From Phoronis australis (lineage: Eukaryota; Animalia; Phoronida): 64,000 bases of DNA. A program made the translations under genes and the position numbers. The stretch is taken from positions 361,485-425,484 of the forward strand of contig NMRA01000213.1 of assembly GCA_002633005.1 (NCBI GenBank), written 5' to 3'. Of the stretch, positions 11,204-22,394 are shown piece by piece. How positions within the stretch are numbered: position 1 is the first letter of the stretch; each line of letters starts with the position of its first letter. The notes under the pieces were generated by a model. It saw nothing but the letters and a program-made list of their open reading frames with translations. It was not told the origin of the DNA and searched no databases.

Positions 11204-13130
11204 TTGAAACTAGGTCCCTGTGAAATGAAAACCAAAAGCATCTGGTATAAATACCTGTCCTTTCTCACTGAGTGATATTAATTTTTCCTTTCAGAAGAAA
11301 GGCTTTATACTAATGGTAAAAACTTTTCAATTTGGTACACATTATGGGGAAATGACATTCAGTGACTGCATCGATTGTCTTATTGTCAGTAGAAAGCAAG
11401 TGAATGTTACACTTTGATGATCAAATACATTTTTCATCAACATGCAAGTTTGTCACTAATTATTGAAACGACAATATTTCTTCAGTTTTAAAGTCCTATA
11501 CAGTGCAGTTGTGCTTATTCTTTATAAAGCTCATTGATAACCTAATACGCTTGCGAATTGTCATTTTCGTGTTGACCTATAGAAATGTGCAACGATCAAA
11601 ATGAAGTATTCCCTTTGTTTGCATTTGATTTGTTTGTGTGTGCATATATTTTTCAACCTTTCTTGAGTAGGCCTTTGAACAATTTTAAGTTTTGTGTTAA
11701 CTTGTTTATGAACAAAAGTTCCACCTGCAAGAAAAGTAGGTTTTCAATTGTAGCTAGCTGGATAAGAATCTGCTATGCACAAGATTCGAGAATAAACAAT
11801 TATCAGTATATTTAAAGACAAAATGGCAAACTGAACAACCACATACATACAAAGAAAAAACATTGTTAAAAACAACTGTAATTTTCCCAATGCAACAGAG
11901 TCCATAATCAGGCATATCAAGTGCTGAATTAGGTTCAATTCTCTCAGGTTATTGCTGAATTGTCCAAAGGTAAAATAGACAGTCAGGCGGCTGGTTTCAG
12001 TTGTTTTCTCTCACCTGTAACAGAATAGTAAGAGAAATATTAGCAAATTATAAAAGAAAGCACAAGGCAAAACTGCTTTTGTAAGGCAGAACATACTTGA
12101 CGTTTCATGTTTATGTGTAGAAACTATTAATCTTTGTACCCAAGTCTTATTTAAGATCTGAATTAAAATATGTGAAACAAGCCACTAGTGATTTAAAAAT
12201 GTGTATTTTTCATGACACCTAAAATGTGCTTCTGATCTCAACAAGTAAAATGCATTCTAGGTGTCAATTTTTATTCCGATGCAATGTTATGAATTTACTT
12301 ATAGCTTATTCATGTTAATTCAGTAACTAATCTGGTAGTCCTGGGGGTGGGGTCCACTGCACAATAAGGAAACTCCCTCATCTAGAGAATTTTACTGGAC
12401 TTAACACTGATAGTTTTGAAGAGAAACTGCTGTGAAAAAGTCACCCTTGACTTCTGAGCGTCACGTACCATACACTTCTTATATTGGGTGCACTTCCACC
12501 CAGGACAATATATGTGAATTATGCGCTGCTAGCCTACCCGGCATTCGAGTCCCAGGTGAGTTTCCGAAAAGAAACACTTAGTTCCACTCAATAAACCCGT
12601 TATTAAGTGGGGTAACTGGTGGGGATAACATCACCGAATGATGTCGATAGCAATTGATTGCTAAAAACTTAACAAGTAACATTATGTAGTCTCCCAATGG
12701 AAATGCATAGAGCACTAACGGAGCGTCGGCATTCACACACTTTTTGTCAGTTGGTTGACCCTGTTGACCGCAATTCTCCACGAATGCAGTAAGCTTATGT
12801 CTTATGGGAATTTCTGACCACCAGGGAAAATAGAAATAATAAGGCTTTGTGCGACGACCTATTTTGATAACAATTCCGTCTTTTTACCAGCTGTTTACAT
12901 GTAAACAGCGACGAATGCGCAATTCAATCACCACTAGTACAGCAGCGACACCGCGAGGAGAATTCTCCAAATAGCCCCATTTGCATCAGCTGGCTCAAGC
13001 TTCAACTGAATAAGCAGGTGGCGCACGTCAAGGTGTTACTGGTCTTATGAATTGCATTTGATGTTTTGTTGCTATGATGTGTGCTGATACACTGTACACT
13101 GTAGCTCGGGAGTTGCATGTAAATGGTCTT

Positions 13131-13180
13131 GATAGCTTGTCCTGATGATGATGTTTTAGACATCGAAACATGTTGAAGAT
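13131..13180 (+). ncRNA. Hammerhead-ribozyme-like core of Penelope-type repeat
   Basis: CTGATGA-T-GATGT-tttag-ACATC-GAAA-CATGTT: conserved core, perfect 5-bp stem II and palindromic minimal stem III. Stem I is poor. Confidence 0.45.
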
Positions 13181-13315
13181 GAAAAATCTCGTTGTTTTTA
13201 TTAATGTTGTCACTAACTTGTCTTCGTTGAGACTACTTACAAACAATTAAAAGTAAAAATATCATTAAAATATCGTGAATATTTCTTGGAGGGCTCTAAG
13301 ATCTCTCGTGTGTTG

Positions 13316-16300
13316 TAGTCGGTGGGCCAGATTTTGTAGGGCCTCTAGAAAATGGTTTTTGTGAGTACTTTAGGGGGGCAATTTTATTTTGGTGTTTTTT
13401 AATTCATTTATTAGAGTGTTTTCAAAATCTAAAAAGTTCCCACATATAAAGTTGCACATTTTTGAGAAATTTGAGTTTGAAGTTACCTAATAATCACCAA
13501 AGAGCTTAGTAAACTTATATTTGTAAAAACAACAGGTTTGGTGACTTTTTTGTAAAACAAGTAATATGGTCCCATCAGTGCCATTGTATTGAACAATATT
13601 ACACTCACATTACATGTTTTACTATTGTAAAGTAATTGTAAACAGCGAAATTTAAAAAATGTAAAGAGACACCTAGTGGCAAAAATGCAAACTAAGTCTG
13701 AATGTTACTAGGAAGTTATTCTGGCATTGTCAGGCAACAAAAATAACACAAAACACTTGAGACTGGGCAAAATTTGTGCCTCAATGAACTGATTAATGGT
13801 GTAAAATACAGCTTGTTTGCATAATACAGCAGAAATACGTTATAGTGCAAAAACAATTAAATTTAACTTGTTAAATGCATTTATCGTCATTATTTTGAAA
13901 CTTGTCTCTTTATTTTGATACTAGTCCTTGGGGTTTATTTTGCATTACTCATCTCTATTTATAGCCTCAAGGGCCTACTTTTGTATTCATGCGTTTCTCT
14001 ACGCGACTCCTGATTGGTCGCCCATATTTCCTTTGTTCAGTTTAACGTGGTGTCTCATTCAGCCACCTACCTCGTCGTCTACAAGACCTACGTTCGTTCT
14101 CTTCATTTTTTCCCCACCCCCCATCCCGGGTGTCGGTTCCACTTTCTCTTTGCTCATATACATTTCCGGTTAGGTTTTTCAAGTTTTGTGTTCATGTTCT
14201 GTACTTTTCCTTTAAGCCCTTCAGGCAGTTCTTTGTTTTGCGTTTTGTCCATGCCCATCTTGCAGAGTCTTAGTTAGTTTTATTTATTTACGTCATAATA
14301 AATGACAATATTCCCAATCCTCCTCTTGTTTTACTCTGCAACATAGCTCGTGGCGTACCCCGGGCAAAATAGATTACGATAAATATAGTTGAATGATCTC
14401 TGTGAATGTGCACCGACTCTATGAAAATAATAGATTATTCTGACAGCGTTTATCAAGCAGTATGAGACAAATACGTGACAATGATCAAAGTATGTACTTT
14501 CTATGACTTAATCAACAAATAAAATTAACCTTTTAATACAAAAAAGGAAATAAACGGGGTTGGAGGTCTATTTAGGGTTGACTTGTCAAAGAAATATCCA
14601 ATGTTATGCAGTCAGTGTTGCTGATGTTACTACAGTTGTCACAGCTGCACATTTCTGTACAGTTTGACCCAGCATTGCAGCACAAACTCAGTTTCCCAGC
14701 ACACAAGTTCTTTTTGCACTTGCAGCATTCATCGTTTAGTACTGTCAATGGAGATGCGGTCATTGCCATACATATTAACTGCAAAGGTCCACCGCCAAGG
14801 AGCCAACTATGGTCGATTAGAGAGGGTACAGCACTGCACACTGGTGATTAGCCCGCAGGCAATGAGGGTCAAACACTAAGTCCTTGTTTGGAGGCGGGCA
14901 CTATTTGGGCAAAGGTTTGATTCAAAATATGTTATAATGGGCTGTGTTAATTAGAGTCAGCAAGTGAATTATTGAACACTAGCCTCAATTCACTTTCGTA
15001 TCTCCTAGTCGGGCACAAACTACAACAGTGAGTAGCTTCAACAATATTTCTTAAGATTGCCTGTCCAAATAACTTCATGCACACCAGCTTTTTGAAGAAC
15101 AGCTTCAAAGTCTTGCTTTAGTTTTGAAAGGCAAATGACATCTCCTTGTGTTAGAAGCTTCGATTCAATGAACTCCAAACAAAACTGTAGAAAAACATCT
15201 CTGAAAACTGTGAATTCGTCACTCTTCACAATCGTTGTCTTTCTATTTTTATAGCATGATGATCTGTGGTACTTGGCTTCTAAGACACAAGGTCTTTATC
15301 TTTGAATTTCATTTGCATATTCAGGGCTCTGGACTGAGCTGTTGCTTGCGATACAAGTCCAACTGACAAAAACCCGAACTGTTAACACTAATTTAACATT
15401 CAACTATGAGTGAGCTGGCATTCAACTTTTTCAGCCGGACTGATCCACCACCAGCCTAACAAATTTACATGCCGTCTGATCTGTAGCCTAATAATGTTGA
15501 TCGTCTAATAATTAGATCAGTTGATGCAACAGAAAATAAATCAGCTGATATACCAGTGCAGTGATTGAAATTTAATTTTTTTAAATCAGATGCTCAAACC
15601 ATAGTCAATCGATTTACACTTAAGGTAATCGACGTTTGACGAAATGGAGAGTGACTTCCATCGTCCTCAAATTTCGACGGCGACGATGGCCACTTAGGCA
15701 CTTTAATTTAATTGTCATTGCAGCTACCTAAGTAATTAATGTTTACAAAAAATTGAGACTACGGCAGGGGATGACGGCCACTTGGGCATGTTGTTTGCAA
15801 CCATCTACTCCATTTACCCTTCTCAAATATTTTTGACTTAAAGTGCTTTAAAATCACACCCACACTATAACGTCATAGGATTATCCCTTAGCTCAAGCAG
15901 TGTCGATGTGGCAACTGCATGGAGTGTTCGAAAAACAGGATTGCAGGAGTATTTGTTTAAACTGGGAACAAATGAAAACATTAACAACCTCCTCAGAGGC
16001 ATCTCTCTACGTGGTACTTCTGAACTTATAGGAACATAATTTGCCGAAAAGTATCCGGCATATGGAGTACAGTGTACCTATGGTATGATCATCGTCTCTA
16101 CTGGGTCAGCAGTATTGTCTAAGGCCTAGGCAGCCAAGGGGCTGAACAAGTTAAAAAACAACTGGTGATAATACTGAAACACACATGGAAAACACCAAGA
16201 TGTATTTTTGAAAAACACGTACCTGTTTTTGAAAGCTATACTTCTTTCTCTTTCTTGAAATGTGGCCCATAATGTACTTTCCCTGCTAACAAATGATGCA

Positions 16301-16985
16301 CTCATGTTTCAGAATGTTCCTATCTTGTTCAGGTTAATTGGGTGTTTCAGATTATAATTGATTTTCTTGGGAAATCTTGGATAACATCTGTATCACTTTC
16401 AGCAACTTCAGCTTTAGTACTACTGTTGGTGCCTTGAAACGTTGCTATGCCGTTCTATGTCCTTGCGAGTTTTTGGTCTGACACTTGGTCTTCTAGTCTA
16501 CAGCACTCAGCAGTATACTGTGTAGGCTACCAGGACATGCAGCTGTTTTCTGCACAAACGTTTGTGACACCTCTTCTTCTTTTTGATCTACTGACCTACA
16601 GAGTTCCACAGTCAATCAGCTTTCGTCAGGAAGCTTTCCTAAGCTTCTTTAGGCTCTGACATCACAATTTTGTGCTGTTTGATAAACCTTGAATTATACA
16701 GGCATCACACTCCATGGGAGCAGCCATATTGAAGTAACTAAGCACAACAATACAATCTGGCTCTCTGATTGGTCAATTCAATAGGAAAGCGCCATCAAGT
16801 GGCAGGAATGTGTATCATATTTTGTGCAACAAAAACACCTTTTTTAAAAATTGTGCAAGTGTAGACATGGGAACTTTTTGGAATTTGATTTATAGGTATA
16901 TTATCTAGCCACATAGAAAAAACTATGTTGCCCCCCCCCAAAGTACTCACAAGGATAAACGCTATGAGATCTGGCCCACCGACTA
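13316..16985 (-). mobile_element. Academ-like DNA transposon, internally deleted
   Basis: Perfect 17-bp TIR TAGTCGGTGGGCCAGAT / ATCTGGCCCACCGACTA plus subterminal inverted GTGAGTACTTT-G-run. Minus-strand relics EAKYHRSSCY (~15250) and a C-terminal Cys-rich CKCKK..C...CC....CTEMCSCDNCSN (14572-14841). Flanks ttg/atg. Confidence 0.75.
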
Positions 16986-17676
16986 ATGCCCTGTCTTCCA
17001 TGCGTTACTGGTTGCCGCTTAGTAGCTGTGCGCATGTCTCCGGGAATCGTTTAAAATTCCATACAATAAATTACGGATTTTGAAAGCAAAGCAATTAATT
17101 GCGTGAGCTTGCACGTTCTATATGTATACTGTGCTGCCACTTGACGCACCAATATGTCAAGAATATTGTCTTTCTGGTTATCTGCAGTTAGGAACATTGG
17201 TTTCTGATTTAAGCAGTATGTATCCCCAAAAATCGAATGATCCATACACTTATTAAAACTTGAACTTATATGCAGGCTGATATTCGAAAAAATTTCCATC
17301 GTCCGACCTCCAAACGTTTTATATGGACTAGAATTTTTATCGATGTGAAATACCATACATTAAGGAATTGACGTCCCGGCGAATTTTAACATACATGTAG
17401 GTTTCGTTTATTTTGATTAGTTCTTCATCATTGGTTCTCCGATGGGGTACAGGTGTTTCAGCGTCGATTTTATAAAATCTCTCAGGTAAAGTTTCAGGGA
17501 CACCAGAGCTGCACCCCTTAAGAGTGCACCTTGAACACATCACCCTGGCCAATAAACTTGTCTGACGCCGAACTGTACCCCATTGTGGTGAATCTTGCAT
17601 CAACTCTCCGAATTTGAAGAAATTTATTACCAAAGTTTTTGAGACAATGTTACGTCTACTACTCAACTTGCATTTA

Positions 17677-17715
17677 CCGTATATCATATCCGTATATCAC
17701 ATCCGTATATCACAT
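17677..17715 (+). repeat. 13-bp tandem repeat x3 (CCGTATATCAYAT)
   Basis: ccgtatatcatat ccgtatatcacat ccgtatatcacat read directly. Confidence 0.9.
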
Positions 17716-19926
17716 CCCACGGAGTTTCTTACGTGCACAGTATATTATGCTCACTAAAGAATCCATTTGGCACTACATCCTTTTCGCAGGCTAAATGTGA
17801 CTTCCGTTAAAATACTCCCTTCAAATCAAATCCATACCCTAGAAGCCCAATAATACTCGTGTAACCTTTTTCAATTCTAAAATGTGACCTTTCTACTGAA
17901 TTTTTGTTGAAACACGACCACCCAGGTTCCTGCTGACTGTCTCCCAATGATCAAGCCCTTGACACTTGTTCTGGGAAATCACGGAACCCTACCGGGGTTT
18001 TCCGTAGATAAGCCCACCCGATGAAACGCCCATAGGCGTTTATTCGGAAAATTATGACGAATGCGCCCATGGCGAAACAACGAAGAAAGTGTTGGCGAAC
18101 CATGCATTTATTAACACCTATCATTGAAAAAAGGGTACGCATGCGTGAGATGGCCAGAACAGCTGAAGCGGTAGTGTCTGAAGACGTTGCCCTTGGTTCA
18201 AATTCTTAGCGTCATTTGCAGATGAATGTGGCATTCTTGACGTCTGTAACCTGATTCTGATACAAAATTAAACTGTTGTAATAGTAGTTCTTTGAAGACT
18301 TCGAGGTAGGTTTGCGGCGCCCTCTTTTGAGTATTCCGATTCTAAGACGGTTGAGAGCAGGCAGAATTTGTTGCTACATGTATGGTATGCTGAAGAGATG
18401 AAATATCTTTGTCAATACATGTACATTGTAACATCTTGTTGATATTCTAAGTAGCGTTAATAGTTTTTGTCTGTTGCTTTTTCGTACAGTTCTAATTAGT
18501 TTACGTCCCTCTATATTCTTGTATAATGTTTTCGTTTGTTGCCCGCTAGTTTGATTTGTTTGTAACTACCACTGTCATATATATTAAGACATGTTTCATT
18601 GTTTCGTTTCACGAACCACTTCTATGAAGACCAAAGTGCCCTCAAAGCAGTCACATAGCTAAGTTTTGAAATATACACCGACGTTCTTTTTCTAGAATTA
18701 TGTTTACATGAGAGCGTCCTAGTGAATTCTGTTTTGTGCAATGTTCACTTCTTACTTGGCTTGTGCACGACTGATGCATCGGGTCGCCAGAAATCTCGTT
18801 TTAGTTCTGTGGTCAGCTACGGCAAGGGAAAAACTAATGATTTACCTACATGTAGTTGACAGTGCCGTGTGAAACAAGAAGTGAAAAAAATCAAATGAAA
18901 ATTATGAGATGGTTAAACGGATACCAAACCTCGGTTTGACTTACTGAATGATATCAAAAACGACTTCACGTCCAGTTCTCTGAAGCAAATAATACTCTCT
19001 AACCCTGAACATCTTTCAAGTGTCTGTTAAGTAGGCAAGTGTGACATACGCTCTTGGCGAGTTACATGGTGACTGTAGGGGAAAAAACGCCAAACAAGAA
19101 TCAAAATACCCGCCCGTCGCTGTCTGCATGTACAGTGTAAACAGCTGGTAAAATGACGGAATTTTTATCAAAGTACGTCGTCACGCTAAGCCTTATTATT
19201 GCTATTTTACCTGGTACAAATCCTCGACAGGTGGTCACAAATTCCCGAACGGACCTAAGGTTACTACAGGTGTAGAGAATTGCGGTTAAATGGGTCAACC
19301 AAGTTACAAAACGTGTGTGGATGTCGAAGCCTCACGCCCCGTATGTGCTGCATGCATTTCCATAGAGAGACTACATAATCACATTAGTTGGTAAGTTTTT
19401 AGTAATTAGTTCCTTTCGACATTGTTCAGTGATGTTATCCCCACCAGTTACCCCACTGAATAACCGGTTTATTCAGTGGAACTAAGCGTTTCTTTTCAGA
19501 AACTCACCCGGCACCCGGATGGTAGGCTAGCAGCACATATTCATGCATTGTCCTGGGTGGGAGTGCACCCAATATAAGAGGTGTACGGGACTTGCCGCTC
19601 AGAAGTTAAGGGTGACGTTTTCAAAGCAGTTAATCTTCAAAACCGTGCTATGCCCAATAAAATTCTCTAAATAAGAGAGTTTCCATATTTTATAGCAGAC
19701 CAAACCCCAGGGCTACTTGATAAGCTACCGAATTAATATGAATGGGCTATTCAATAAATTAGTAACAATGCATTGGAATAAATATTGACACCTAGAATGA
19801 ATTTTATTTGTTGAGATCAGAAACACATTTTAGGTGTCATGAAAAATACACATTCTTAAATCACGTTTAGCCTGCTTCACATATTTTAATTCAGACCTTA
19901 AACAAGGCTTGGGTACAAAGATTATT

Positions 19927-22394
19927 TTTTTATGTATTTATTATCCTTTACAAACAATTACAAAAACAAACAAACAAATAAGTACACCATTCATTCACGC
20001 ATGCACACCTCAGGAAGACCATTCTCATATTTCGTTTAAAGTAAATATCTTCTACATGAACTTAACATGAACAATAAATTTTTCCCATTTTGCAGAGAAG
20101 CTGTCATGTACAAAGTTGTTATGTGCATTTAATTTTTCAGCATTATAGTATTCATAAGTTTTTGTAACGAACTTGAGAAAATTAGGTATATTTTTGTGAC
20201 ATCTCTCTTTGTAAATGTACTGTTTAGCTAGTAGAAGTAAAATGTTAAATAGGAAATCTTGCGTCTTGTAAAGTCCAAGAATAACAATATCGTAAGACAG
20301 ACAGTTGGGAAGCTGAATGCCACACTTTTGAAGTAGCTTTTCGAATTCCTTCCAGAAATCTTGTACAAAGCTACATTCCCAAAAAAGGTGTGACAGCGTC
20401 TCTGGAGCTTTATTACAAAAGGAACATAGATCAGAATCCCTAACACATATTTTGACTAAAAAGGTATTTGTTGCAATAATTCTATGTAGTATTCTAAATT
20501 GGAACCATCTAATATGGGGATCCTTTGTAATTTTGTAAGGTAAAGCATATATTTTCTTCCAATCTAAACTATCTCCTAGCTCTATTTCCCATTTAGACTC
20601 TGACTTAGGTTTCTTAACGTTATTAAAGACTGAACAAATATGTCTACAACCCTTCAAATCTTTCCGTAAGTGAGTAATTGCTAAAGGCATGCAAGGAGAG
20701 TAGACATTAACACTTTTAAATTTACTTTGAAATAGACTTTTTTGAAACCTTTTTAGAACAGAAACAACACCATTATATTCTACAAAGTTGGTTTTCACGT
20801 CGAACCTATTTTTCATATTGTTTAGACTAACAAGATCACCATCAGAGGTATACATATCTCTAATAAATCTCAAGCCTTTTACAAACCAAGGCTTATAAAA
20901 AACACCTGTGCCTCCGATCGCCAAGTTACTATTAAACCACAAAGGTTGGTTCAAAAAGTCCTCTTTACTTGCAACAATTATTTTCTTGTAGAAAGATAAC
21001 ATACTTTCAAATACGTCGCGCCAGTAGGAATTACCAATTAGAGTTAACTTCGACTTAATAAAGTCATCTCCAAATGAAGCAAAATTCTTTAAGAACGGGT
21101 AGAGTGCGTACAGTAATTCACCACTTTTAGACGCAGGGCTTTCCAGATATCTACGGGCCATAGCGAGTTTTAAAGCTTTGCTGAAAGTATGCATATTAAC
21201 CATTTGAATTCCCCCTCGATCAAGTCCTAAACAGGCCGTAGTTCGTTTAATTTTATCATTACGGGCCTGCCATACAAATCTAAAAAATGTCGTATTCAAT
21301 TCACCCAAGACTTTCACTGATGGATTTGGTAAACTTGACAACAAAAAATTAAGTTTAGAAATAGCTAATGTTTTAATTACCGTTACTCTACCAAACGGCG
21401 TTAAATTTCGTCGACTCCAACTTTTTAGTAAAGACTTGATCTCAGTTATTCTTGCAGTGAAGTTCTTATGCGTCATACTATCCAATTGAGTGTCGAAATC
21501 CACCCCCAAAAATCTAAAAGATTTTTTTGTCCAAGACAAAATTTCTTTTGTAGGAATCACGTCATCACTACCAGTTTTACTTCCAAACCATATGGCTTTT
21601 GTTTTATCCACATTCACTTGGAGACCGGAGACACTAGCAAACAAATGTAGTACATTCAGTGTGGTAGTCAATGACAAATTCGACCCATCCAACGTAATTG
21701 ATGTGTCGTCCGCATATTGCGAAATCAAATATTCCTTATTCCCAGCAACTACACCAGCAATATTTTTATTATTCTTGATTAAATACGCCAAAATCTCCGC
21801 GCACAATATAAAAATGTAGGGAGACAATGGGTCACCTTGTCTGCAGCCACGTGAAATATTGAACCAAGAAGATGGGTGACCATTTACGACAACACAGGAC
21901 TTAATATTACTGTAAAAGACTTTCACCCACCTTCTGATCGACCAACCAAAATTAAGGAACGATAAAGTTTTTTGAATAAAATTCCACGACAATGAATCAA
22001 ATGCTTTCTCAAAATCAATCAGTAAAAGCAATCCAGGTTTGTTAGCTGCCTGGGCATAAAACATTAAATCATATAGCACTCGGATATTTTCGTTCATATT
22101 TCTTCCAGAAACGAAACCTGTCTGGTCCTTACTGATTACTTTTCCCAAAACGGATTTTAACCGTTCAGCTACTGCCGAAGAAGCCAATTTATATGTCACA
22201 TTGAGCAGGGATATGGGTCCCCAGTTTTTCAAATAATGTTTACTTTTATCTGCTCCCTTAGGGATGCAGGTGATCACTCCCTCTTTCTGTGTTGAGGATA
22301 ACTGGCCAACAGCAAAACCTGTATTAAGTGAGAGAACAACGAAATGTCCAATGTCAGCCCAAAAAAATTTTAAAAATTCCACTGAAAAACCATC
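19927..22394 (-). mobile_element. 5'-truncated L1/Tx1-clade LINE insertion with 9-bp TSD
   Basis: Direct repeat AAGATTATT at 19918-19926 and 22395-22403. The minus-strand 3' end has AATAAA followed by a short A tail. The 5' end is cut at the DGFSVEF motif. Confidence 0.92.
20052..22382 (-). CDS. LINE ORF2 reverse transcriptase + zf-RVT (endonuclease lost by 5' truncation)
   Basis: 776-codon open frame with PISLLNVTYK, QTGF, IDFEKAFD, GCRQGDPLSP, QYADD, FRFLG and the C-terminal CSFC...ETLSHLFWEC zinc finger. Confidence 0.93.
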   Translation of the reverse strand: MEFLKFFWADIGHFVVLSLNTGFAVGQLSSTQKEGVITCIPKGADKSKHYLKNWGPISLLNVTYKLASSAVAERLKSVLGKVISKDQTGFVSGRNMNENIRVLYDLMFYAQAANKPGLLLLIDFEKAFDSLSWNFIQKTLSFLNFGWSIRRWVKVFYSNIKSCVVVNGHPSSWFNISRGCRQGDPLSPYIFILCAEILAYLIKNNKNIAGVVAGNKEYLISQYADDTSITLDGSNLSLTTTLNVLHLFASVSGLQVNVDKTKAIWFGSKTGSDDVIPTKEILSWTKKSFRFLGVDFDTQLDSMTHKNFTARITEIKSLLKSWSRRNLTPFGRVTVIKTLAISKLNFLLSSLPNPSVKVLGELNTTFFRFVWQARNDKIKRTTACLGLDRGGIQMVNMHTFSKALKLAMARRYLESPASKSGELLYALYPFLKNFASFGDDFIKSKLTLIGNSYWRDVFESMLSFYKKIIVASKEDFLNQPLWFNSNLAIGGTGVFYKPWFVKGLRFIRDMYTSDGDLVSLNNMKNRFDVKTNFVEYNGVVSVLKRFQKSLFQSKFKSVNVYSPCMPLAITHLRKDLKGCRHICSVFNNVKKPKSESKWEIELGDSLDWKKIYALPYKITKDPHIRWFQFRILHRIIATNTFLVKICVRDSDLCSFCNKAPETLSHLFWECSFVQDFWKEFEKLLQKCGIQLPNCLSYDIVILGLYKTQDFLFNILLLLAKQYIYKERCHKNIPNFLKFVTKTYEYYNAEKLNAHNNFVHDSFSAKWEKFIVHVKFM

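Larger units (their letters stand above)
8028..11826 (+). repeat. Near-identical tandem duplication (8028-10137 / 10139-11826) joined at a single N
   Basis: Both copies begin tgtacaaactcaatttccatg and end aaagacaaaatgg. They differ by scattered SNPs and a ~420-bp segment (~8417-8839) absent from copy 2. Confidence 0.92.
8745..12978 (+). mobile_element. Decayed THAP+YqaJ (ISL2EU/PHIS-like) DNA transposon, copy A. The left end is not identified.
   Basis: YqaJ relic on + and THAP relic on - (~12680-12825: GGQKFP*DISLLHSWRIAVNRV....*MP...CSMHF). Terminus CCACTAGTAC..AATAGCCCC followed by AT at 12979-12980. Confidence 0.6.

Noticed and set aside
14572-14841. Cys-rich ORF as a metallothionein or tesmin host gene
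   Set aside because: It lies inside a TIR-bounded element and matches the C-terminal Cys cluster of Academ-like transposases.
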